Shown here: positions 1 to 10,800 of the stretch, piece after piece
Layout: each line of letters begins with the position of its first letter
Numbering within the stretch: position 1 is the stretch's first letter
Source of the DNA: a virus
Taxonomy: Duplodnaviria > Caudoviricetes
Strand: one strand, 5' to 3'
Virus record (IMG/VR): IMGVR_UViG_3300018432_000017
Location: 1-52,149 of that record
DNA length: 52,149 nucleotides
The notes under the pieces: generated by a model
Database searches by the model: none
What the model saw: the letters and a program-made list of their open reading frames with translations, nothing else
Told to the model about the DNA's origin: nothing
Program-made: the position numbers and the translations under genes

Positions 1-151
1 CGGTCCGGTCGGTCCATCTAGCGTTGGTCTTCATCCAGCCCTCAATGTTGGAGTCGTACATCTCCATGACCCCGCCCACGCCCGCGTCGAGCCGGGTATC
101 CAGCTGCCGGACTCCTTTTAGGAGGGGAGTCATATCGAGCTCAAACCCCAT
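1..151 (-). CDS. neck/tail-completion protein, HK97 gp10-like (partial, runs off window)
   Basis: ATG at 151 overlaps the upstream stop; hand translation MGFELDMTPLLKGVRQLDTRLDAGVGGVMEMYDSNIEGWMKTNARWTDRT; NAxWTDRTG motif and position after the head connectors. Confidence 0.65.
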   Translation of the reverse strand, partial: MGFELDMTPLLKGVRQLDTRLDAGVGGVMEMYDSNIEGWMKTNARWTDRT

Positions 152-534
152 CAGGACTCCCCGAAGCGGGTAACCTGTGCGCGACGCTCATAGCCGTTGT
201 CCGGCAGGATCTCCGCGACTTCCCAGCGGATGCCGTGCGCGTCGGTCCAAGTGTCGTAGAGACCGATCGAAACGGTCGGCATCCCGAGGAGTTGGTATTC
301 AACCTTCCGCTGCGTGCCGTCGCTCGTTTTGACCGTGCCGGGCTGCGGGCCGTTGGAAGCGGACTGGTCGATGATCCGGAAGACCTGCGGGTCACGAGGG
401 GTGCCGTCGTACAGCCGCGTCCCGGTGCCGCTCTTGACACGGGTCCGGGGGATCAGGGTTAGGACCGTGGGGTTGGCAGCAATGAATGCAGAAGTGTTGA
501 GCTTCAGCGCCCGTAGCTCGTTGGCGTTCATCAC
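151..534 (-). CDS. head-to-tail stopper/closure protein
   Basis: 127 aa, beta-rich, syntenic position after the adaptor. Confidence 0.6.
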   Translation of the reverse strand: MMNANELRALKLNTSAFIAANPTVLTLIPRTRVKSGTGTRLYDGTPRDPQVFRIIDQSASNGPQPGTVKTSDGTQRKVEYQLLGMPTVSIGLYDTWTDAHGIRWEVAEILPDNGYERRAQVTRFGES

Positions 535-845
535 GGCCTCGTGAGCTTTACGACGCGGGTGCCGCGCGACGCAGCCGGCTCCTCGACTATCAGGCCGGCG
601 TGGTGCCTCGCCATTCCCAGAGCCTGCTCGTACATGTCGCCCATCTTCCGGGTCGACCCGCCCTCGGTGATGTCGACTAGCTCCGCAGCGCGGGCAGCCT
701 TCTCGGTCCAGATTTTGAAGGCGGTGGTGTTGAGGTTCCCGTCAGCGTCGAGCCGTTCCTTCAGGTGACTGTCGGTGTACGGCGCCGCGTCATCAGGCTC
801 CGCAACAATAAGCCGCAATTGAGCAACCGCTGCGTCAGTGGCCAT
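531..845 (-). CDS. head-to-tail adaptor
   Basis: 104 aa helical protein (LRLIVAEPDD..PYTD..L), strong AAAGGAGG RBS, downstream of capsid. Confidence 0.65.
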   Translation of the reverse strand: MATDAAVAQLRLIVAEPDDAAPYTDSHLKERLDADGNLNTTAFKIWTEKAARAAELVDITEGGSTRKMGDMYEQALGMARHHAGLIVEEPAASRGTRVVKLTRP

Positions 846-862
846 ACGATCCTCCTTTCAGG

Positions 863-901
863 AAAGCGCCAGGGAAACCCCTCACCGAATTTCCCTGGCG
901 C
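863..901 (-). terminator. intrinsic terminator after the capsid operon
   Basis: 12-bp inverted repeat gcgccagggaaa/tttccctggcgc followed by TTT on the minus strand. Confidence 0.65.
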
Positions 902-917
902 CGCTCTCCCGCTGGTG

Positions 918-1214
918 TTACGCCTTCAGGTCGTCCTGTTCGAGCCGAGCGACCTTCTCAGGCTTGGTGCCGGCGACCGACAGCTGGCGCCGCTTGAGCT
1001 CTGTATCAAGCTCCTGCACGGTCCAGGTGCCGTAGTCTTCGGCTTCCTCTTCATCTTCCTCCGGACCGTCGTCGACAACCTCTTCGTCGTCGTCGTCCGA
1101 CTTCTCGGGGAAGCGCTCATCCATCTGCTTCACCCGGTCGTGCTCGCCCCGCATGTGCAGGTAAGCGCGGTCCTCATCGGACAGTCGCTTGTCAGAGGGA
1201 ACTTGGCGTGTCAT
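918..1214 (-). CDS. acidic SAP-domain protein
   Basis: C-terminal WTVQELDTELKRRQLSVAGTKPEKVARL resembles a SAP motif; follows the MCP. Confidence 0.7.
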   Translation of the reverse strand: MTRQVPSDKRLSDEDRAYLHMRGEHDRVKQMDERFPEKSDDDDEEVVDDGPEEDEEEAEDYGTWTVQELDTELKRRQLSVAGTKPEKVARLEQDDLKA

Positions 1215-1225
1215 ATCAACCCTCC

Positions 1226-2380
1226 TTATGCCCAGGCGTAGGCGGCCGGAACGGCGTACGAAGCGCCGTTGAACATGATGGCCGCCGCACCGCGCGGGCC
1301 GATGCCCGACCCAAGACCCCGGATGTAGAAGGAGTCGATGAGCGGGTAATTCTGGTTGTTGCCCGGACGGAGAACGACTCCCCGCAGGCCGGGGTTGGCG
1401 TGCTCACGGATGCCGACGACATTGGTCGTGACGCCGTTCCCGCGAGTCGCAACCGCAACCATGTAGCCGGCCGGAATCTGGTTGTTGCCGATGAACATGT
1501 ACGGACCCCAGGACCCGATAACGTCCATAGAGGCCCAGGTGTTCGGCGGCAGCGAGCCCTGGAGGGTGTATCCCGGCGGCAGCTGGAACGTGAAGTTCTG
1601 GCCGGTCGTCGGGATGAAGTCGTACAACGAAACGACGGTGCTAGCGTCGTACGCCACGCCCCTCGTGTACCGGACGACGCTAGCGTCAGCGTCGTTCTTG
1701 TTCATGAGGATCATGATGTTGTAGCCGGCAGCCCGGTTGTAGCCGTGCTCCTCGACCAACCGCGCGACAGCAAGCACGTCGTTCGGGTCGAAGATCCACG
1801 CCTGCGTCGAGCCGGTGGCCGTGTAGTGCGTGTGGGTCGCTCCGTCGAAGGAGTTTCCGTTGTAGGTCGGAATGTACGACGTGTCGGCGTTGTAGAGCGC
1901 CGGAACGGTGTACTGGATCCCGTCCACGATCGTGGTGCGGTTCAAGTTGTTGAACAGCGCCCGCATCACCGACATGAACTGGAGCCGGTTGTCGGCCTCC
2001 AGCACGTTGTTCAGAACCGCGTCGAGCTGGCGCTGTGAAGCACCCTGGGTCTGCGAAGGCCCGCCCGCGAGGAACTGGAAGGTGTATGCCGCCCGAGTGT
2101 CGTACCACTCGAAGGGGTAAGCCCGCGCGGTCGGAGCCGGCATCGGCTTGATAGCCGAAGGAATGCCGTACTCGGAAGCCCGCTCGAAGTCCTCCGTGCC
2201 GGGCTGAACGATGTCCTCGATCACCGTAGGGGTGGTGAAGGAAAGGAGATCGATCAGCGGCTGGCGCTGCGCGTTGAACTCCGCGAGAGCCTGCTGGTAC
2301 TGGTTCCAGATAGCATTGAGGTCCTGTCCATCGCGGGTGCGAGTCAGGATATCCCCAGAAGCGTGATAACCCTTAGCCAT
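1226..2380 (-). CDS. major capsid protein
   Basis: 384 aa, GAGGAGG RBS, biased codon usage, position after scaffold/decoration genes; resembles actinophage MCPs (DGQDLNAIW, FERASEYG, GIREH..PGLRG). Confidence 0.85.
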   Translation of the reverse strand: MAKGYHASGDILTRTRDGQDLNAIWNQYQQALAEFNAQRQPLIDLLSFTTPTVIEDIVQPGTEDFERASEYGIPSAIKPMPAPTARAYPFEWYDTRAAYTFQFLAGGPSQTQGASQRQLDAVLNNVLEADNRLQFMSVMRALFNNLNRTTIVDGIQYTVPALYNADTSYIPTYNGNSFDGATHTHYTATGSTQAWIFDPNDVLAVARLVEEHGYNRAAGYNIMILMNKNDADASVVRYTRGVAYDASTVVSLYDFIPTTGQNFTFQLPPGYTLQGSLPPNTWASMDVIGSWGPYMFIGNNQIPAGYMVAVATRGNGVTTNVVGIREHANPGLRGVVLRPGNNQNYPLIDSFYIRGLGSGIGPRGAAAIMFNGASYAVPAAYAWA

Positions 2381-2395
2381 GCGTTACACCTCCTC

Positions 2396-2782
2396 TTAAG
2401 CGGTAGCCGGGGGCACCCGGACGACCAGTCGACGGGCATTAGCAACGGTGATGCCGACGACAACCCCGGAGCCGGACGTGCTGTCGACGTTCCCGCCCGC
2501 GTGAGCGAAGGCCGGCGCGCCGAGCGTGAAGGCCGTGCCACTCGTCATGGTCGCGTCCTCGATCTCACCGGCGGTCATGACGTCGATGATCTCGTTGAGT
2601 CCCATGGGACGCACCGGAACGACCACACCGCTGACGGTCGTGGTGCCGGTAGCAAGGATCGCCTTGCCGGCGGAGTCGATCTCCACGGCGTAAATCTTGT
2701 CGATGTCCGCGAGGGAGATCGTGAAGCCCAGCGGAGCCCGGAAGCCGCCGCTATACGGGTCGTACTTGTCGATACGCGACAT
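2396..2782 (-). CDS. capsid decoration/cement protein
   Basis: 128 aa, starts MSRIDKYDPYSGGFRAPL, small Gly-rich beta protein immediately before the MCP. Confidence 0.65.
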   Translation of the reverse strand: MSRIDKYDPYSGGFRAPLGFTISLADIDKIYAVEIDSAGKAILATGTTTVSGVVVPVRPMGLNEIIDVMTAGEIEDATMTSGTAFTLGAPAFAHAGGNVDSTSGSGVVVGITVANARRLVVRVPPATA

Positions 2783-3132
2783 CAGCCAAACCTCGCTTCG
2801 GTCGGAAGTGGGCCGTAGACCTCGACGGTCAACGTAACCACTGCCGAGTAGGTCAGAGCCACGTCGACTGTCTGCGCTCCGTGGTAGTCACGGGAGACGA
2901 CAAACACGCGCTCCGAGGTCGCCGGAATCGCATAGGTAGTCTCGATCTGCGTTCCGCCCGACGTGGGCGTGTTGATGTTGACTGTCTGCGGCGCACCGGC
3001 GCCGTTGACAAACTTGATCATGTAGGTCTTACCGTGCCGCATTGGAATGGTGTCGCCACCAGCGTTTGCAGCCGTCTTGACCGGAGCCACACCGGTGCCG
3101 GTGCGTGGATCCTGTGGAGTCAGAACTGCCAT
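2782..3132 (-). CDS. putative virion structural protein (second decoration-like protein)
   Basis: 116 aa beta-rich; AAGGAGGG RBS; between scaffold and decoration gene. Confidence 0.55.
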   Translation of the reverse strand: MAVLTPQDPRTGTGVAPVKTAANAGGDTIPMRHGKTYMIKFVNGAGAPQTVNINTPTSGGTQIETTYAIPATSERVFVVSRDYHGAQTVDVALTYSAVVTLTVEVYGPLPTEARFG

Positions 3133-3153
3133 TCTCTACCCTCCTTCGCTCGC

Positions 3154-3792
3154 TTATGTGCCCGTCATTCGAGACCGGAGAGCAGGGATGCGAGTGGCCA
3201 TCTTCTTAAGGTCCGGCCCATCGTCTCCGCCCGACTTCCCGGCGGTGCCTGGCGTCCCGGTCGATCCCTTGGGCTTTTCCTTCTCGTCGGTCTCCGGCTT
3301 CAAGAGGTACGGGTCCGACTTGGCCAGGGCTTCAATAGCCGCGTCCAGTCCGGTAACCGTGCCGTCATCTTCGACCGTGACCTTGGAGAGATCTGCGAGC
3401 TTCAGGGCGGTTGCGGGGTTTTGCCATTTGTGCTTGTTGCTCTTGAAGAAGGCGAGTTCAAGTCGGGTCTGGTCTAGCTCCTGCTTGGTCTTCTCGGCGG
3501 CCTGGGCCGCTTCGTCCGCCTCACGTTGGAGCCGTTCCACTGCAGGCAGGTCCTTGTCGCGGATCTGCTTCAGTTCCTTCTCGAATTCATCGCGCCTCTT
3601 GTCGGCCGCACGGAGTTGCTCACGCAGTCGCTCGAAGTCTTCTCGGGCAACAGTTTCGGCCTTCGATCCCGCATCGCCGCTCTGGGCTTTCGGGTCTCCG
3701 GCTGTGCCTTCTCCGGTTCCCGTTCCGCTTTCCCCGGTGCCGCCCTGTGCACCTTCGTCGCCGCTCTGGGCGTCTGGATCGGTGTCGCTCAT
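3154..3792 (-). CDS. capsid scaffolding protein
   Basis: Gly/acidic N-terminus, central coiled coil, LAKSDPYLLK motif, position before capsid genes. Confidence 0.85.
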   Translation of the reverse strand: MSDTDPDAQSGDEGAQGGTGESGTGTGEGTAGDPKAQSGDAGSKAETVAREDFERLREQLRAADKRRDEFEKELKQIRDKDLPAVERLQREADEAAQAAEKTKQELDQTRLELAFFKSNKHKWQNPATALKLADLSKVTVEDDGTVTGLDAAIEALAKSDPYLLKPETDEKEKPKGSTGTPGTAGKSGGDDGPDLKKMATRIPALRSRMTGT

Positions 3793-3854
3793 GCTTCTTG
3801 GCTCCGTATCCTACTAGATCCTTATCGCACTACCTTATCCTGGGGATGCGGGAT

Positions 3855-4757
3855 CTAGCTTGGACCTGCGGAGCCTAGCCCTTTGCTGCGAAGATAGCCG
3901 TCATACCGCCCCGCTACAAGCGCATCGAGGAAGGCGTCCTCCTCGGGCGGAATGGGTGTAACGAAACAGAAGCAATGCGGGTGCGGCTTCCGGGGTACGT
4001 CCCGAACGTCATACACGCCGTCTCCGTCCCTCCCGCCCTTCGCAAACCGGTCACATAGATCCGGCTTCGGGTGCGAGCGGGAGAGGTGCCACTTCATCTG
4101 GTTGATCCAGGGCTTCTCATGCGCATTGTGAATCGAGGTTGCGTGATAGGCGTTGTTGATCTCGGTCCGTGCTAGCCTCATTGCGGCGTACCGGATCCCG
4201 CCCGGAGTGCTAGGCGAGAACCAGTCCCGCGCTTCGGCCGCAAACTCCCGCGCTGGGAGGCCCCGGAGGAGGGCGGAGTTGATCTTGTCCTCCAACCTCC
4301 CGTTCATCCATACCTCATTGCGGTAGATGCGTTCCGCGAGCGGGATCCGGCTCGACGTGACTCGCGTCTCCGCGAGCGCTAGCGTCTCCTCGCTCGCCCG
4401 CAGCGCCACGTCCCGAAGGGCCTTCGCTTCGTCTGTACGGCCTGCCGCTTCGAGGAGGGCGGTATCGACCGCGCTCCCCAGGACTATGGCCCTCTCGGCA
4501 GCTTCGAGCCGGCGGGCCTCGATGATCTTTCCCATACGCTTGAAGATGGCGGCCTGCTCCCGCAGGAGGTTCTTGCGAAGGGCTTGCAGCTGTTCCTCGC
4601 GGACAGCCGAGCCGATCCCCTGAATCTCCATACGGGCCAACATCTTGGTTACATCCGCAAGGGCGACTTTCAGCATTCGCAACACATCTCGGTCTGCGAG
4701 TCGCTGAACCCTCGCGTATCCCGATGACCATGCGGCCGGTTCGGGTACCGCGCCCAT
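3855..4757 (-). CDS. MuF/SPP1 gp7-like minor capsid (head morphogenesis) protein
   Basis: RLARTEINNAYH, W..S..H...D.CD and HPHCFC motifs; follows portal. Confidence 0.8.
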   Translation of the reverse strand: MGAVPEPAAWSSGYARVQRLADRDVLRMLKVALADVTKMLARMEIQGIGSAVREEQLQALRKNLLREQAAIFKRMGKIIEARRLEAAERAIVLGSAVDTALLEAAGRTDEAKALRDVALRASEETLALAETRVTSSRIPLAERIYRNEVWMNGRLEDKINSALLRGLPAREFAAEARDWFSPSTPGGIRYAAMRLARTEINNAYHATSIHNAHEKPWINQMKWHLSRSHPKPDLCDRFAKGGRDGDGVYDVRDVPRKPHPHCFCFVTPIPPEEDAFLDALVAGRYDGYLRSKGLGSAGPS

Positions 4758-6307
4758 TAGAACTCAGCCGGTGCGCCTGCGGCCTCCTCTTCCAGTCTCG
4801 GCGCAACAGAATCCAGAAGGGTGGTCTGCTCAGAGGCCACCTGTGCCAGTGCGTCGGCCGGGATCTCATATCCCAGCTTCTCCTGGAGAATCTTCTGGGC
4901 AAATGAGATCGGGATAAGCTTCGCAGTCACCATGTCGATAACCTCCTTCAGAACAGCTGCCCGGTCAACCGGCAGCGGATCCCCGAATGTCCAGGTGAAT
5001 CCGAGCCCGGTCGCGGGAGTCGCTTCGAATGCCGGTAGCCACATGTTCACGATGTCGTAGAACATCTGGTCGAGCCGGCTCTTCAGCTCGCGTTCCTTCT
5101 CCTCGTTCTTGGAGAGCACCGGAGCCATCTGGATAGCGAGCGCAATCCCAGACTCCGCAACCTGAACGTCTACCCGCCCAACGGACACGTCGGACAAACC
5201 GGTCGTCTCGCGCGCCTTCCCTTCAAGGTAGGCGGAGTGGTCGAGTAGCGGCTGGATCGAGTCGACTCCCTGGACCCGGTTGAAGGTGTCCTCTGTAGAC
5301 TCTAGCTCGATCACCGAGGCCGGTGCCAGCACCCAGTTGTCCTCGGTGCCGTCGTCCCGCTTCGGCCGTCCTGAAGTTGTTACGTAGACGCCGATCCCGG
5401 TAAGGGTGATTGTGATGTCCTGATCGGAGGCAGTCTGGTGGACGCCGGCCAGTAGCGTCTCGATCCCCTGCAGCTCCGAGACTCCCCAGCGCAGCCCGCC
5501 CTCGCGGTTGTTGCGGAAGTGGTAGATGGGGATCTTCGTGATGACCGGCGGGAGCGGGAATCCAGTCGTGAGAGGAGACGCGGCGTAGGCGGACGGCACG
5601 CTCACCGGCTTCAGGTCGGTCGCGTCGAAGCCGTGCGCCGTCCGGTCGTCCCAGCCGTCCGGCTCGAAGAAGTCGAGCTTGGTGAAGATGGTGCCATTCT
5701 CCTGGATGACGTAGCTCTGCCGCATCGCGACATCTTCATCATCGTCGTTGGGCACGAGCGACACGAGGTAGGCCCCCAGGATCCGCTCAGCGTCCAGAGG
5801 GTCCTCAATCGGGAAGTACGTTGAGGGATCGATCTCGACTACCCGCAGCCGTTGCCCCGGCAGCTTCGTATCGTCCGCGAGGAGGTGGAAGCAGGCGTCG
5901 CCCCGGATCAGCATCCATCGCTTGATCGAGAGGATCTTGGTGAAGAACTCCTCCCGCGCCAGGAAGTCGTCCAGCAGCTTCTTCGTCGCACCGAGCGTTT
6001 CGAGGTCCGGAGCCGCAGTCGTCCCGTCCGGCATTGTGACCAGCGGGAGCGGGGTGATCTGGGGATCCCGCGCTAGGTAACGGTTTGTCGCCTCGATGAT
6101 CGTGCGGGCGGAGGGGATCAGCCGGCGCGACATTTCGTCGCCGGCATCGTTCCGCATTACCGCCAGGAATGCCTCTTCGACGTTCCGGAAGATGTCCCAG
6201 TACGTCCAGTAGGCAGCGACCCGTCGCTGGTCTAGCTGCGACTTGATGTGTCCGGGCAACGGTCGCGCCAGCTTGAGCGCGGTTGCATATGGGCTAACCG
6301 TAGCCAT
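4757..6307 (-). CDS. portal protein
   Basis: 516 aa directly after the terminase; IPIYHFRN, GVSEL..IE and AESGIAL motifs typical of SPP1-like portals. Confidence 0.88.
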   Translation of the reverse strand: MATVSPYATALKLARPLPGHIKSQLDQRRVAAYWTYWDIFRNVEEAFLAVMRNDAGDEMSRRLIPSARTIIEATNRYLARDPQITPLPLVTMPDGTTAAPDLETLGATKKLLDDFLAREEFFTKILSIKRWMLIRGDACFHLLADDTKLPGQRLRVVEIDPSTYFPIEDPLDAERILGAYLVSLVPNDDDEDVAMRQSYVIQENGTIFTKLDFFEPDGWDDRTAHGFDATDLKPVSVPSAYAASPLTTGFPLPPVITKIPIYHFRNNREGGLRWGVSELQGIETLLAGVHQTASDQDITITLTGIGVYVTTSGRPKRDDGTEDNWVLAPASVIELESTEDTFNRVQGVDSIQPLLDHSAYLEGKARETTGLSDVSVGRVDVQVAESGIALAIQMAPVLSKNEEKERELKSRLDQMFYDIVNMWLPAFEATPATGLGFTWTFGDPLPVDRAAVLKEVIDMVTAKLIPISFAQKILQEKLGYEIPADALAQVASEQTTLLDSVAPRLEEEAAGAPAEF

Positions 6308-6308
6308 C

Positions 6309-7841
6309 TTATCTCCTGGTCTCTGCCGTGGTCTGGGTGGCTCCTGCTTTGTCCCGGTAGGGACTCCCGAACAGGCCCGAGTAGAAGCGGCCTAGCGCTT
6401 CGGGAGCGTGATTGTCCTTGTCCAAAGGTTCCTCCGGAGCCGACCTCCCGCGCTCTCCGGCCTGCTCCGCCGTCTCCCGATATTTGTAGTCGTTCATCTC
6501 CCGGATCGTGTTGACGCACTTGGGATCTATGGTCAGGGAGGGCTTGCGCTCCGGGTGGTCGACCGGAAGCAGTAGCTTATCGCGCGGGATCCGGAGGCCC
6601 CTGCGTATCCACTCGATCCGGTCGTTGAGCGGGATAGATCCCTTGCCGTAGGCGCGTACCTTGAGGAGGCGGGAGAGGGATCGGCTCCGGTCCGGCTCCG
6701 CAGGGTCCGGGAAGAACATCCGCAGCGAGGAGGGGGCGAGGCCCCGCCCCTCGATCTCCCGCGCGGCTTCGTCGGTGTCCTTGTGCGTTTCGTAGTACTC
6801 ATCAAGGACGTGGACGTGCTTCCTATCAGGACTCACCTGGAGCAGCAGCCAGACGAAGGGGTTGGTGAAGCCGTAGTCAGCCGCCGCATAGGTCGCCCAA
6901 CCGGAGCGGAAGGGGTGCCGCTGCACATGAATCTCTTCATCGAAGTCCTTGAACACCCGCCCGACGTACTCGGTGAAGAGGGCTGCGACCTCCTGGTTGA
7001 ATAGCTCCTGGCTCTGGTCCAGGAACATCGACCAGATCTCCGGGTTGATGCCGGGAGGGTGGCCCTCCCAGTTGGGTAGCGTCCGCAGGAAGGCGAGCAT
7101 GTCGTCCAGCCTGTGCTTCCGTCGCGCCTCGATCGCCCGGTCCAGGAGGTCCGTGTCGACTCCTCCGGGGTAGACGTACGGGTTGACCCAGGCCGGCGCG
7201 CGCCACGAGGCCCAGTCCGGGCGGTGCCCGTCGAGCCCGATCATGTAGAGGTCGTAGAACCAGTTCTTGCCTTCGGGGGTCGACGTGAAGAGTGACCACC
7301 CCTCGAAGTCCGCCAGGGTGGGCCGAAGGTACTTGTGCCACACGGACATCTTGAGCTTGGCGGCTTCGGCGAGGATGACCCCTGAGAGACCTTCACCGAC
7401 CAGCGTCGCAGGGTACTTCGCGGACTTGGCGGTTATGATCAATCGCCTGCCGAACATAGAGAGCGTCATCTGACCGCCCTCCGGGTTGTTGTAGGACCCC
7501 GGTCGGTCTACGTCGAAGCCGAGTTCATGCACCCGGTTCCACAGGACACGGAACTCCTTTTCGCTGTCGGAGTACTCCGGCCCAACAATCCAGAACTCCC
7601 GCCGGATCGAGCGCGCTCGCATCTCGTCTAGCTCGCTCCACGCCCGGAAGACCTCGGGGATGAGCGTGTATCCGCCGATCTGCGACTTGCCCGCGCGTCG
7701 ACCGAGCGACACGACCTTGTTACGGACCGGGGAGAGGATGATGTCTCGCTGGATATCGTGTGGGGTCCAGTCCGACTTCTTCCAGATGGCCCGGTGGACA
7801 ACCGGCGGAGCGACCGGGGTCCGGATGAGCGCGGTGGTCAC
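6309..7841 (-). CDS. terL: terminase large subunit
   Basis: Walker A GRRAGKS, Walker B VILAEAA, STPEG coupling motif, nuclease ADYGFTNP and DKDNHAPEAL. Confidence 0.93.
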   Translation of the reverse strand: MTTALIRTPVAPPVVHRAIWKKSDWTPHDIQRDIILSPVRNKVVSLGRRAGKSQIGGYTLIPEVFRAWSELDEMRARSIRREFWIVGPEYSDSEKEFRVLWNRVHELGFDVDRPGSYNNPEGGQMTLSMFGRRLIITAKSAKYPATLVGEGLSGVILAEAAKLKMSVWHKYLRPTLADFEGWSLFTSTPEGKNWFYDLYMIGLDGHRPDWASWRAPAWVNPYVYPGGVDTDLLDRAIEARRKHRLDDMLAFLRTLPNWEGHPPGINPEIWSMFLDQSQELFNQEVAALFTEYVGRVFKDFDEEIHVQRHPFRSGWATYAAADYGFTNPFVWLLLQVSPDRKHVHVLDEYYETHKDTDEAAREIEGRGLAPSSLRMFFPDPAEPDRSRSLSRLLKVRAYGKGSIPLNDRIEWIRRGLRIPRDKLLLPVDHPERKPSLTIDPKCVNTIREMNDYKYRETAEQAGERGRSAPEEPLDKDNHAPEALGRFYSGLFGSPYRDKAGATQTTAETRR

Positions 7842-10800
7842 AACGTAACCGGGGTGATGTCGACGTTTAGAGCTCCAGCGTCGTCCAGCTCGACCAGCAG
7901 CGCTCCGGGGATCGACACGTCGATAGCGAGGGGCGGAGCTACATCAACCGTAGGCGCCTCTCCCGGCGTGAAGAGGTAGCCCACCCCTCCGGGCCACAGC
8001 GTCGTCCAGCTCCGGGTCTCCGTGAACAGCGCGGATTCGGTGGTTGCGTTGATCCGGGTCGACGGGAGCGCGAGCCCGCTTCCCCGCACGTTGTCGGCTA
8101 TCGAGGTCGCGACGACAACCAGCGAGTTGAGCGAGGTTGAGCCGAGAAGCAGCCTCCCGCCCCGCGAGTCTGTCGCTAGGGCCAGAACGGAGTCGACTCG
8201 CCCTCCGCTCAGGACGAGACCTCCGCGCGGCGTAGAGGCCAAACTAGCGGCTGAGCCGATCCGAGCCGAGCCGATCGAGGGAGCCGAGCCGCGCGGAGTC
8301 GAGCCGATCCCGAGCGTCGAGCCGGCGGAAGTCGAGCCCGGTAGCGGCCCAGCCGACCGCACGGAGTCCGCGAGATCGAAGGTGAGCGCAGAGCTGACCG
8401 AGGTAGACCCGAGCAGCGGCCCGACGCTTCGAGCGAGAGAGCCGAGATGGACGGTCCCAACGACTGCGACGCTGGAGACGCTGAGAACCGCTCCCCGGAC
8501 GCTATCCGATCGACCCGGTGCGGAGGTAACCCCCGAGGTCCCGACGATCGGCCCGGACGATCGGACGGAGTCAGAGACCGAGAAGGCGAGCGCGCTATCG
8601 ACCCGTCCCGCCCCGAGGAGAGGGCTTGCGCTTCGGGCCTGACTATCCTGGTTCGGTATGGAGGAGACCGACCCGGCACCAATCGTCGGAACGCTCCCGC
8701 GCTCGGAGTCAGCCCGACTCGATGCGGAGTTGGCGCCTGTGGAGCCGAGCAGCGGACCCGCGCTCCGGGCGAGGGATCCCGTTCCGGGCACGGCCGTGAC
8801 GGAGCCGGCTCCGGGAAACGGTCCCGTCGACCGGATCGAGTCGGCCCGCCCCGGCGAGGAGGTGACCGAGCCGGAGCCGATCGAGGGGCCTACTCCCGTC
8901 GAGCCGTCCGCGCGTCCGGCGCCGGAGTCAACCCTGGTCGTGCCGAGCAATGGTCCGACCGAGTAGGCATCATCATCGACTCCCGTAGCGGTCATCGAGA
9001 AGAAGGGGTTGCCCTCCTCGGGGGTCGTGTTGAGGATGCCAATCTGGTCAGCAGTTCCGGTGGAGGAAAGGTCGGTAACCGGTGTCGCTACATCGTCCTG
9101 ACCGAGTTCTATGAGGACGGTGGGATCAAGCGCTCCCCATGCAGAGAAAGCGGTTGACAGGGTTTCAAAGTCCCCATCCGACAGGACGGAATCCTCAACA
9201 AGACCGAGCTGGATTCGACCGTTGAGTTGCTCTCCTGTGCCGGTGCCCCAGCGACCGAGCCGGAGCTTTCCCGAGGAGGTAGGCGACCGGACATCGTTGA
9301 CTAGCTGGGTACCGTTCTGGTGCTCCCAGGTCGGCGTCCCATCCCACAGGAGTCGGTGCCAGCGCGGGATAGCGTTCCCGTTTGCCTTCGAGACGCCGAT
9401 GATCATCCACGTATTGGTGACGGGCGTGAAGGGGCAGACATCCGGGGTGCTTGTGGTCCCGAAGTCGATTGTGCTGCCGTACACCTCCAACCAGTAGCAG
9501 TTGTCGTTGGTCGCGTTGAGGGCGTGAATGATAGCGCCGTTGGCGAGGTCGTAGAAGTAGACCATGAAGGCCAGCGAGATCGGTCCGCCGTCAACGGCCG
9601 ACGCTCCGCCTGGGTTCAGGTCTATGTAGGAGTCGTTGTTGAAGCCTCTGGCAATCGGCCCAACGATATTCAGGTCGGAGTCGACCGGAGCAGAGGCGAC
9701 CGCAGGCCCCAGACCTCGGGCATTAGACCCCGTATTGGCCACTTCCGCAGCCCTGCCGGTACCGGGGCGGGGCACCACGGTCGATCGGGCGTCCGCCGTA
9801 GTCGACGCGGCAGAGGTAGCGCGAGCCGGCGAGACGATAGGGCCTATGGAGCGGAGGTCCGCCCCCGAGTTCACGACCGAGGTCACCGAGCCGGCGCCCG
9901 GTAGCGGACCGACCGGGGCCACGGAGGCTGTCCGAGAGGCGGAGGACGTTGCCGAAGTCGTTCCTAGAAGCGGAGCGCCCGATCGAACGTCCGCACCACT
10001 AGACACGACGCTAGACACCCCGGAAGTACCAGGGAGCGGTCCCGCGCTCCGGAAGGAGTCGGCTCGCGCCGCAGCAGAGGTGGCCGAGATACCGCGCCAG
10101 GCGCTGATCGCTGCCCGGACGTCAGAGGCGGAGTTGACAACGGAGGTGACCGGTATGGAGTTGATTTCCACCCGACCGTCGCGGATATCGTCCGCTACGT
10201 CGGTGCCGCCTGAGGATTCCCGGAGCCGGACAAAGGTGAACTCGCCGCAGGAGGTGGCGGCCTGGGACAAGGTGAGGCTGGGGGCAGTCGTCCCGCCCGA
10301 GCCGGCGGTGACTTCCGCATCCCACGAGGAAACACCCGTGTCGTTGCCGTCAGAGTTGAGACGACGGCTGCGCTGGGTGCGGGCGCCGAACGTGTAGCCG
10401 GTCATGGCGAGCGTTGCGGCGGTGAAGCTAGTCGTTACGTCGGTGTCGGCCGCATACCCGAAGGCGATCCAGTCTCCGGTCTCGACGGAGCTAGGCCACG
10501 TCCCGACGCTCGCCGCTACCGGGCTGGATCCGTGAGTCGTATCGGTGCCGGTAACAACGACCGGAGTATCCCAGCCGCCCGCGCTCTGCGCATAGACGGA
10601 CATGATGGCGGAGGTGGATCCGCCCCCGGTCGTGGCTACCGTGACGTTGCCGGTCTCGGATCCGTCGAGAAGCCGATACCAGACGCCCATACGGGTCGGT
10701 CCGGTGTCGACTCCCGAGGATCCGGTGCCGCCGGTGAAGTCTGCGATGTTCGTCCAGCCGGAGACAGTGGACCAGGTTGCTGTCTCCGGCTTTGTAACCG

